Shown: positions 23,644 through 33,722 of the stretch, one piece after another
Layout: the number at the start of each line of letters is the position of its first letter
Numbering within the stretch: position 1 is the stretch's first letter
Source of the DNA: Candidatus Altimarinota bacterium
GTDB taxonomy: Bacteria > Patescibacteriota > Gracilibacteria > BD1-5 > UBA6164
Direction of reading: 5' to 3'
Length of the DNA: 53,320 nt
NCBI GenBank assembly: GCA_034112165.1
Contig: JAWUVV010000052.1
Coordinates: 1-53,320 of the forward strand
Program-made: the position numbers and the translations under genes
Notes under the pieces: model-generated
The model's database searches: none
What the model saw: the letters and a program-made list of their open reading frames with translations, nothing else
Told to the model about the DNA's origin: nothing

Positions 23644-23955
23644 TTATAAGTTATTTAATAAAAAGGAAAAACTGTTCATTTCTTTCATTTTCTCACTTGC
23701 TTCTTTTTTTCTCATTCATGAAACTACGGCAAAGTCATCTTTTTTGATACTTTCAAGTTCTTTAATCTCTAGTTTTTCTACAAATATAGTAAGATTTTTA
23801 AAAAGAGATTCTAGTTCCTGCTTTCAAAGAATATCAATCGCATCTAAATATAATTTTTTCTGATCATCTGAAACATTCAAAGCTTGTACCATTGTTTTGA
23901 TAAGCTTTTTTTGTTTTGATAAATCTTTCTGTTTTTGTAGAAATGTAAATAACAT
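23644..23955 (-). CDS. Small coiled-coil hypothetical protein (103 aa)
   Basis: First gene after a ~400-bp AT-rich divergent promoter region. ATG at 23955. Confidence 0.45.
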
Positions 23956-24353
23956 AGATTGTTTTATATATATACTAGATATAAAATAACATATATTTTA
24001 ATATTTATCAAAAATAGAGGGAGTTTTATATATTTATTTTTTAACATCGCGTCTCTATCTATAGTAATATATATTAAATTAAAAGAATAGTAGTAATAGT
24101 AATAGCCATTGTTAAAAAATATGAAGCCATTAAATAGCTATTTTCTAAAAGTATTTATTCACAATATGAATATGTAATTATCTTAAAATTAAGACAGAGC
24201 TAAGGTTTAGATGTAAGTTTTATACAGTTTTTTAACATATGTTTTAAAACGAGTTTTATTTGCTTTTAATGCATAAAACGTAAAATAAAAAATGTGAAAC
24301 ATATAAATATATATATGAGTCATAAATTAAATTTGTAATAAAAATGTTAGAAA

Positions 24354-25688
24354 ATGAATAAAGTTTTAATCACCTTTGTGACATCTTTTGCACTATGAGT
24401 AATGAGTTGCCTTTATATAGGGAACTTTGTAGATATAGGATTGTGAAAAAGTTATGAAAAAGTTGTAAGTAGTACTGGATGAAGTCTAGATCTAACTGAA
24501 TTTTGGGAAGTGTATAACATTATTGAAAAAGATTATTTTTCAAACGGAGAAGTAGAAAAAAAAGATTTAGTAGATGGAGCTATTTCTGGATTAGTAGAAT
24601 CTCTTTGAGATAAGCACTCTGAATTTATGAATCCGGAGTTAACTGAAAAATTTAATCAAGCTCTTGAGTGAGATTTTGAAGGAATTTGAGCTGTGGTAGA
24701 AAAGACTCCTATTTGAGTAAAAGTAGAAAGAATCTTAAAAGGATCACCAGCAAAAAAATATGATGTGAGAAACGGGGATATAATTATAGAGGCAAATACT
24801 ATTGCGCTTCAAGATTTAGATATCTTTGATGCTGTTGATATAATTAAATGACCTGCAGGAACATCGGTAGATTTAAAGATAATGAGAACCTGAGAAAAAG
24901 GATTACTCGATATAACAGTGATAAGAGAAAAAATTCATATTCCTTCGGTTGAAGAAAAATATTTTGAAGATGAAAACATAGGATATATAGCACTTAATAT
25001 GTTTGGAGAACAAACTGCGAGTGAATTTTCTGCAGCCTTAGATAATGTTTTAGCTTCTGGTGTAGAGGGCCTTATAATAGATGTACGTGATAATGGGGGA
25101 TGATATTTACAAAGCGCGGTTCAAATACTCTCTGAGTTTATTCCTGAAAAAGAAAAACTAGTACAGACGAGATATAGAGATGACTATTTTAATCAAAACT
25201 ATTATTCGGTAAATGATGGAGAAATATTTGATAAGAAAATAGTAGTACTGATTAATGGAAACTCAGCCAGCGCTTCTGAAATAACAGCCTGAGCCCTCAG
25301 GGAATATGATAAAGCGATACTCCTATGAGAAAAAACGTATTGAAAAGGATCAGTGCAACAACCGTTTTCAATGGATGACGGAAGTTTATTAAAGCTTACG
25401 GTAGCAAAATGGTTTACTCCACAAGGAAAAAATATTGAATTAGATTGAATTAGTCCTGATGTAGAGGTGGTGTTTTTAGAAGAGGATTATGAAAATATGT
25501 ACGATAGGCAATTAGAGGAAGCTAAGATTCTCCTGAAAACATTTATACAAAAACCTACCATAGGTATGGCTATAAGTGAATATAAAAAAGATAAAGCTCT
25601 GAGAGATGCTGTAATTGTTACTTGATCATGAGAAACTATTATGATTCGTTCATGAGCGCTTAATACACCAGCGATAGAAGAAAAATAA
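24354..25688 (+). CDS. Carboxy-terminal processing protease (S41) with PDZ domain
   Basis: FE[TGA]I[TGA]A, LIIDVRDNGG[TGA]Y, VLINGNSASASEITA[TGA]AL and [TGA]EKTY[TGA]KGSVQ. N-terminal TM helix. 444 aa. Confidence 0.9.
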
Positions 25689-25881
25689 TAGAAAGCTTGC
25701 GGAAAAAAATCAATTTCATATATTTAAGCTATATTATTTCCTAAAAAGAAATTATGAATTATATATACACAACAAAGCTGGTTCTTTGAGACTAAAATAT
25801 GAAACACTATCTATATTTCTGGAAAACAATTTTTCTTGAGGTATAGATTTTTTATAAAATTATATTTCTAAATTTACAATA

Positions 25882-27114
25882 ATGATTCAAAATAACGACC
25901 CAATACTTGCTGATATGATAGCGAGAGAAGCAACGCGGCAAGACACAGAAATTGAGCTTATTGCTTCAGAAAACTATGTTTCTAAAGACGTTTTAGAAGC
26001 AAACGGTAGTATTCTTACAAATAAATATTCAGAAGGATATCCTGGAAAAAGATATTATGGAGGGTGTCACATTATAGATGAGGTAGAAAATCTTGCAATA
26101 GAGCGAGCAAAACAGCTGTTTGGAGCAGAACATGTAAATGTACAATCACTCTCAGGTTCACCAGCTAATATGGCTGTATATATGGGGCTTTTAAATCCTG
26201 GAGATAAAGTTCTTGGATTCTCTCTCGATCAATGAGGACACTTAACACACGGGCATCCTATGAACTTCTCAGGGATTTTATATGATATTATTCCGTATTT
26301 TCTTGATAAGCAGACTGAAGAAATGGATATGGATGCACTTGAAAAAATAGCGCTCGAAACACAACCTAAAATGATAATCGCAGGGTTTTCAGCCTATTCA
26401 CGTAACTTAGATTGGAAGAGATTCAGAGAGATCGCAGACAAATGTGGAGCGATACTTATGGCAGATATTGCTCATATTGCAGGCCTTATTGCTGCAGGGG
26501 TAATTGAAAATCCAGTTCCAATATGTGACGTTGTAACAACAACAACTCATAAGACGCTCAGAGGTCCAAGATGAGGGATGATTATGTGTAAGAAAAAATA
26601 TGCAAAAGCTATAGATAGAGCAGTTTTTCCAGGACTGCAAGGATGACCACATGAAAATCTTATTGCTGCAAAAGCTGTTGCTTTTTGAGAAGCCCTTAAA
26701 CCAGAGTTCAAAGACTATCAGGTGCAAGTTATTAAAAATGCTCAAACACTTGCTACGAGCTTACAAGAAAAATGATTTAAAATAGTTTCAGGAGGAACAG
26801 ATAATCATCTCATGCTGGTAGATACTTTTATAAGTTATGGGGTAACTGGAAAAGATGCTGAGCATGCTCTAGAAGTAGTAGGACTCTCTGTAAATAAAAA
26901 TATGGTTCCATATGATACTCGCCCTCCTATGAATCCATCATGAATACGTGTTGGAACACCCGCAGCAACTACGAGAGGTATGTGAATTGAACAAATGAAA
27001 GAAATTGCAGATATATTTTCTCTGACAGTTCAAAATCATGACAATCAAGAGTTATTAGAAACTCAAAGACAGAGAGTCTTAGAGCTCTGTATAAAATTCC
27101 CAATTTACAAATAG
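25882..27114 (+). CDS. glyA: Serine hydroxymethyltransferase
   Basis: [21 protein letters not shown][TGA]GHLTHG and [12 protein letters not shown][TGA]G. 410 aa. Confidence 0.95.
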
Positions 27115-27200
27115 GCCTTCTCGATTGATTTTTAGATATATATTTGTATACTGTAGTTAAGAAATAAGGGGAAAAAGAGCACTTCTTAACCTGCTATACG

Positions 27201-27767
27201 ATGAAAATATTTTCAAACTTTGATACAAAGTTTCTTCAAAAAGTCCTTGAAAAAAAGAGGCAGTCTTTTGCTAAGGAAGATATTCTCCTTATACATAGAT
27301 CAAAATATTACTTATTGTTTAGAGTAATTCTCAGTTTGATATTATATCTATTGCTTTTAGCAATGATGTACAGTTTCTTTGTGTATATTAAAGCCCCTAT
27401 AATATTTTTTGCTGGAGGATTACTTATTTGGGTAATAATTGTTTGGTTTAGAATCATTCACAGGCTTTTAAAATATAAATATGACTTTACGGTTGTAACT
27501 CCTACATGAGTCATGACTTTTAAGCAAAAGTGAATATTACATAGTGTTGCGAAAGAAATCCCATCTAGAAGAATTATTTCCATAGAGGTTTGTAGAACTA
27601 CATTTCTATGAAATATATTTTGATATGGAAATGTAGATATTATTTCGGATATGTCCGAGCGTGCGCACTTATGACAAGACGACGAGGCGTCTTGGGTTAT
27701 TTGAATGACCTATGTAGATAATCCATATGAAATAAAAGAAAAGATTACAGATTTATGCTTTCAATAA
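27201..27767 (+). CDS. Membrane protein with YdbS/bPH_2-like architecture (188 aa)
   Basis: Two adjacent TM helices followed by a ~90-aa soluble domain. The family assignment rests on architecture only. Confidence 0.45.
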
Positions 27768-27844
27768 TTTTATAGCAATAATAATATATTTGAGTATTGA
27801 GGGCTTTTGTATAGACTCATAAAAAATACTTCAAATCTTCATGT

Positions 27845-28543
27845 ATGCTCCAAAAGCTTTTTTTACAATTTAAGATATTTTCACGAGAAAACTGGTGGAT
27901 ATATTTCCTTCTCATTATTTCTATATGAGTAGTGTTATTTACTGGTAAGTGAAACATTTATGAAGTATTGTTTATACTTTTTATCAATATTTTAGGTAGT
28001 CTCTGTGTTTTAATGATGCAAAATGCATATAAGGATGGAAAATATATGACATGAGCATATTTTTTACTTTTTGGAAATATGTTTTATTTTTTTATAGCCT
28101 TTTATTCTGCATTATTTAATGCTGAATATCAATATTTATTATGGCAATTATGATTTCAATTATCCTGACTTAAGATATATTTACTTTATATCTGGGGTAA
28201 AACATTTACGTTTATCAATTTACAATTATTGTGACTTATATCTGTAATGACATTAATTGTAGCTATTTTTTTCTTCAAACTATGATTGTACCAAGTAATT
28301 CAATCATTTGGATTTGCGGGTGTTATTTTAGGCTTCTGAATGGTAGATGACGTACATAGATATTTCTCAATATTTGTTTGAAACTTTCTCATTACACTAG
28401 GAGCTTATATTTGACTCTATATTAATTTTTTATCAGGAGATATATTTGGTGTAACTGTCTCATTTGCTATACTATGAACATCTACTTTTTTGTTTTACCT
28501 AAAAATTCTTCCAACTTATATTTCACGATTTAAAAACACATAG
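27845..28543 (+). CDS. Polytopic membrane protein, possibly PnuC-like transporter (232 aa)
   Basis: About 7 TM segments. The resemblance to PnuC is weak and from memory only. Confidence 0.35.
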
Positions 28544-28545
28544 AC

Positions 28546-29607
28546 ATGTTGACATATATACTTTCTTTCTTCTTATCTATAAGTCTATCATATATATTGA
28601 TTGTCTCTATTTCTAGGGTATTTCGTAAGTTTGACATACTAGACAATCCTAAAAAATATTGAAAAAAGAGGAAACCAATTCCTTATAGTCTAGGAGTAGT
28701 ATTTTTTCTGGCCTTTCTATGTATCAGTATTCTTTTTGTAGATATAAACTATAAATTTCTTCTTATTCTCTGATTTGGAGGAGTTATTACACTTGTGAGT
28801 TTTTTTGATGATCTTATTTCGCTCAGCGCAAAAACTAGACTTATTCTTCAGATACTTGTAGGAGCAACTATAGGTATTACATCAATTAAAATTGGGTATG
28901 TGAGTAACATTTTCTGATGAGTCGTAGAACTAGAAACTTTATCTACCATAATTGCTTGAAAAGAGATATTCATAATTCCTCTTATTTTTACGATACTTTG
29001 GTATGTGTTTGTTTTTAATGCGCTCAACTGGACAGACGGGATTCAAGGAAATACCTCAGGCCTTTCTCTTATCTGCTTTTTTGTAATCTTCCTATTAGGA
29101 CTCAAACTCTATATGACGGATGATTATACTTGAGGACTGGAAAATGCTGAATTTATTATGCAGATTGCTATTATTCTTGTGGGAATTCTTATACCATTTT
29201 TCTATTTTGATTATAAAGAAAAAATCCTTATGTGAGACTCGTGAACCATGTTTCTCGGGTTTATGCTTGCTACTCTGGCAATTATTTCAGGAGGGAAAAT
29301 AGCAACTGTTTTAGCTGTATTTTGAATCTATGCCGTAGACGCAATTTATGTCGTGACTCGCAGATTGATGCGAGGAAAAAATCCTTTGCAGTGAGATTTT
29401 ACACATCTTCACCATAGGCTTGAAAAAATATGATTTACAAAGAATCAAATACTTACTCTTGTATTCTCTTTGAGTTTATTCTTTGGAGTTACAGCACTTT
29501 TTCTTGATAGAACATGAAAAATTATAGTCTTTATAATTATTGCAGTATTTGTAGTATTTCTTTCGTATATTGGAGAAAAAGTAAAAAAGATATCATTTAA
29601 AAAGTAA
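28546..29607 (+). CDS. Polyprenyl-phosphate N-acetylhexosamine-1-phosphate transferase (GT4, WecA/TagO-like)
   Basis: DNPKKY..KPIPYSLG, NALNWTDGIQG and M[TGA]DS[TGA]TMFLGF motifs. 353 aa with about 10 TM segments. Confidence 0.8.
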
Positions 29608-29610
29608 ATT

Positions 29611-31002
29611 ATGAAAATAGCATTTTTTGGAACTCCAGAGTTTGCTTGAGAGATACTCTCATGAATCCTCTCCCTCAATCCCTCTCCAAGAGAGGGAAGT
29701 AGCTTCATAGATATAGCTCTTGTTGTTTCACAGCCAGATAAACCAATAGGAAGAAAGAGAGAACTCCTTCCAACTCCAGTCAGGCAAGTCTCTCTTGACG
29801 CTGGAATACAGGTGATGCAGCCAGATAAAATTAAGAGAAACACTCAGTTTCATGATAGTCTCAGAGATTTAAATTTAGACTTTATTGTCGTAGTAGCATA
29901 TTGAAAAATTATTCCACAAGCTATTTTAGATATTCCAAAGCATGGCTGTGTAAATATTCATGGGAGTATCCTTCCAAAATATCGAGGAGCAAGTCCAGTA
30001 CAGGCAGCAATAAAGTCTGGAGACAGTGAGACATGATTGACAACAATGTATATGTCTGCTGGCATGGATGAATGAGATATCCTTAAAATAGCCAGAGTTG
30101 AGATAGACAATATGGACACGAGTGAAGATATATTCAAAAAATTTGTACACATTGGACCTGAGCTCTTAGTAGAGACTCTCAGAGAAATTATGTCGGGAGA
30201 TTTACAGTGAACTCCTCAAGATAACTCTAAGTCTACAAAATGTGGAAAAATTTCTCGCGAAGATGGAGAAGTGTTTTTTGCTCAGCAGAGTTCAGGAGAA
30301 ATATATAATACTTTTAGAGCCTATACTCCTTGGCCTGGAATTTATACTTGGTATGATGGAAAGAGATTGGTGCTTGAAGAAATATCTTCTTACATAAAAC
30401 CTCACCTCTGAATTTCCTCTCCTCAAGGAGAGGAGGGCTACAGTATAAGGCAATGATATGCAGTCGTTCCTGAATATGTAAAAGAACTTTCTAAAAACCT
30501 GCGCCTAGATCAAACAGATTCTGAGGAAATAGCTTGGGAACTGCTGCGAAATAGAAAATTTCATAATTTAAATTTTCGTCGACAGCATGCTATTGGTAGA
30601 TACATTGCTGATTTTTATTGTGATGAAAAAAAGATTGTCATTGAATTAGATGGAAAAGTTCATGAAAATAGGAAAGAATATGATGAAATACGAGATGAAT
30701 CCATTTCTTCTCATAATATTCATGTTATTCGTATTCCCAATGAAGATATCGGAAAAATATATCAAATTATTTATACAAAATTATGTAGCCTCTCTCTCCT
30801 CTGAGGAGAGAGAATTCAAGAGTGAGGTTTTGTGTGAGAACTATGAGAATTCATCAAGCTCTCAAAAAACAGATATGGAATAATATGCGCTCACAATAAA
30901 ATTCTCGAGATTACGCGGGTAAAACTCGAGGGAAAGAAATCTATGGATGTTACGTCATTTGTGAATGGGAATAGAGAGGTAGTTTGATATTGTTTTCAAT
31001 AA
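29611..31002 (+). CDS. fmt: Methionyl-tRNA formyltransferase carrying two in-frame element insertions (463 aa vs ~310 typical)
   Basis: [38 protein letters not shown] and YTPWPGIYT motifs. The C-terminal domain resumes after the insert ([37 protein letters not shown]). Every codon from 29611 to 31002 was checked, and the only stop is TAA at 31000. Confidence 0.85.
29662..29703 (+). repeat. Solo GC-rich hairpin element (left-end type) in frame in the fmt N-terminus
   Basis: TGAATCCTCTCC...TCCCTCTC-CAA-GAGAGGGA. It encodes [12 protein letters not shown]. The GTP-to-QPD spacing is about 9 aa longer than in E. coli Fmt. Confidence 0.5.
30400..30827 (+). mobile_element. TIR/hairpin-bounded element carrying a DUF559 (Vsr-like PD-(D/E)XK) endonuclease module, in frame within fmt
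   Basis: - Left end: CCTCACCTCTGAATTTCCTCTCCTCAAGGAGAGGAGGGCT.
- Reverse complement of the right end: CCTCACTCTTGAATTCTCTCTCCTCAGAGGAGAGAGAGGCT, about 80% identical over ~40 nt; each end contains a hairpin.
- Interior: [73 protein letters not shown]. Confidence 0.6.
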
Positions 31003-31154
31003 AAAAAGAATCCCGAGGGCTGAAGAGGAACTTTTTAAGAAAGAACAGGAATGACATAAATATTCTACACCATACATATATATATTAGTCAAATATAAAT
31101 TGTGTTTGTAAAGCTTGAATTATGAGAGAATGTTGCTAGAATAGCGAATAATAA

Positions 31155-31249
31155 CTCTTACCTGAATCCTTACTCTTTACAAGAGCAAGGGGCTACAAAG
31201 TATACATACAGCCTCTTTCCCTTGAAAAGGGAGAGAATTCAAGAGAGAG
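31155..31249 (+). mobile_element. Miniature ORF-less copy of the same element (left and right ends separated by 6 nt)
   Basis: CTCTTACCTGAATCCTTACTCTTTACAAGAGCAAGGGGCTACAAAGTATA + ACATAC + AGCCTCTTTCCCTTGAAAAGGGAGAGAATTCAAGAGAGAG. It ends 3 nt before the ATG at 31253. Confidence 0.55.
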
Positions 31250-31252
31250 TTT

Positions 31253-32041
31253 ATGAATAAATATCATAACCCCCATACTATGCTGAATATTGCTAAGAAT
31301 ACCTTTAAGGAGATAGTGAGGAATAGATTTTTGTATCTGATCCTGTTTTTTGCCTTTGTATTTATAATTTTTTCTCTGGCCCTAGGAAAACTGACTATAG
31401 GAGAATCTGAAAAAGTTATTGTAGATTTTGGTCTTGGGATGATAGAGATATTTGGACTGATATGAGTTCTATTTGTCGGGAGTCAGTTACTATTTAAGGA
31501 GATAGAAGGAAAAACTATCTTTCTTATTCTTTCTAAACCTATCAAAAGGCAGGATTTCATCCTTGGGAAGTTCTTTGGATTTTCAGGGACTATATTTTTA
31601 ATAGTATTATTACAATCTATATTATATATCATAGTTTTACTACTGAGTTGAATTCCAGTAACAGGGCTTATACTTTGGGCTCTTTTATTTACATACTTTA
31701 AATTAGAAATATTATTAGCTATAGTATTCTTCTTTTCAACCTTCATGAGTAATATCATGACTATTATGATCAGTCTTATGGTATATCTCATTTCTCATAG
31801 TATGTCACTTTTATTAGACTTACTTTATAGAACAGGGCAAGAATCTTTAGCTCAGGCTGGGAGAATCTTCCAACTTTTATTTCCTCCTATGCAAGCATTA
31901 AATATTAAGGATGTTATTGGGAGCTTTACTGAATTTAGTTTAAAATTTTTTATGTTTAATAGTTTTTACGCAGCTATGTATATACTGATAATTCTTTTCT
32001 TCACAGTACAGATATTCTCGCGTAAAACTTTTGAAGACTAA
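31253..32041 (+). CDS. ABC-2-type transporter permease-like membrane protein (262 aa)
   Basis: Six hydrophobic segments with an ABC-2/NosY-like layout. No adjacent ATPase gene. Two in-frame TGA. Confidence 0.55.
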
Positions 32042-32046
32042 TATTT

Positions 32047-32907
32047 ATGAAAAAACAAGAATACATAGACTTAGGTCTTACAGAGGGATTATCAATCGGA
32101 CAAATAGAGTCAGTTCTCTGCTCTATACTCGAAGTCACGAAAAAAGAACTCTTTTTATTGCATGATATTTCAAGTAAATATATTTATAAGGTGCAACAGA
32201 TATTTTTTAAACTCGCATCCTGAGCGAGTGAAGAATATCTCTTAGAAACAGCTAACTTTTATGGGAGAGACTTTTATGTGGATGAAAGAGTCCTTATTCC
32301 TCGTAATGATACAGAGGTGCTTGTACGCACTATGTTAAAAAAGCTCCATGAGGATATAAGCATACATAATATGTCCTATATTGATGTAGGAACGGGAAGT
32401 GCGTGTATTCCAGTTTCAATAGTGGAAGAAATGCACCCACTTAAATTTCAGCAGGTTTTTGCTTTGGAAATATCACAGGGTGCTATGGATGTTGCATCTG
32501 AGAATATTGAGAAGTTTTCTCCTGGAAAGATAGAGCTTCGAGAATCAAATCTGCTTTCATGAATTTTTCATGATGATTTTTCATGAAAAGATCTCACTAT
32601 TAGCGCAAACCTTCCGTATATTAAAGATGGAGATTATGGAAATATGGATGGTAGTGTAGTAAGAAATGAACCAAATAGAGCGCTCTATGGTTGAGTCGTG
32701 ACATGATTTGAGCTGTATCAGGAGCTTATCAAGCAGTGTTTTCAGATGAAGCAGGTTCATAAAATATGAGAAATACACCTATTTATTGAAATAGGATTTG
32801 ATCAAAAGCAGGTAAGTCAAAAATTCTTGCGTGAGATGTGACTTTCGTTTGTGTATTTTCCAGATAGTTCTAAAATAGAGAGAGTAATATATATAAAAGG
32901 ATTTTAA
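32047..32907 (+). CDS. prmC: Release-factor glutamine N5-methyltransferase (HemK/PrmC)
   Basis: VDERVLIPRNDTE, the SAM motif IDVGTGSACI, the substrate motif ANLPY (an NPPY variant), and EPNRALY[TGA][TGA]. Confidence 0.8.
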
Positions 32908-32910
32908 TAT

Positions 32911-33594
32911 ATGAGTATAGAGGATTACTGAGCAATTGACGAAGGCTCTGAAGGAGGCAGTCAATCATCAGAAATTTCAGAAAAATATAAAGCAGCTGCA
33001 AAAAAAGCAGGTGCTTGAATTAAGCGTACTCAAAAGGATGAGAAAAAGGCAAAAAGATATGATTTTCTTCTCGCAAAATTTCTGGTAGAAATGATTTTAA
33101 AGAAAAAATATGATGAACTCCTTGATGAGCTCTTTGCGTGTCTTGATGCTGGTTATGGGACAAACTTTCTCCTATGAATACTCTCGCTCATATACCTTCC
33201 AATAAGTGATGAAATTCGAAAAACAAATGGAAAAGAGTTTATAAAATTTAATTATAAGCCAACAACACAGCCAACTGCCTTTGATGATCATGCTCTTGAT
33301 TCTCAGATTAGGGATCGAGTAAATATGTGGATAGAAGATATGGAATCTGTGGTTGCTCTCGAGGTGTCCTCGATTATAACAAAAAGGACCCTTGGACTCA
33401 TATTATATGATGAAAAGGTGAGAACCTTTACAAGTAGCGTTTTTTCATTTTTCTTTCAGGAATTGAATATTTCAATAACGAATACTAAATCAAAAAGTTA
33501 TAGTGAATTTATACTCTGAGAGCTTGAAAAATCACTCAAGAAAAACATGCCTCAACTGCAAGAAAAATGGACGGCAGAAGGGCTGGAAATATAG
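32911..33594 (+). CDS. Hypothetical protein (227 aa)
   Basis: ATG lies 3 nt after the prmC stop. Four in-frame TGA. No recognisable family. Confidence 0.45.
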
Positions 33595-33722
33595 ATTTGA
33601 CTTTAATGGTCTTCTATATAGAATCACCGGGCAAAAAACTAAAATCAGAACTTGCGAGAAAGCCAGCATAATACACAAAAGATATTAGGCATTGGCATTT
33701 AATTTTTTTATACATTTCGACT

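Noticed and set aside
30400-30827. The fmt insert as an intein or an intron-encoded homing endonuclease.
   Set aside because: The junctions (..YIKP|HLGISS.. and ..EGGFV|GELGEF..) lack the intein Cys/Ser/Thr N-junction and the His-Asn plus Cys/Ser/Thr C-junction. There are no LAGLIDADG, HNH or GIY-YIG motifs, no group I or II intron structure is apparent, and the frame is continuous.
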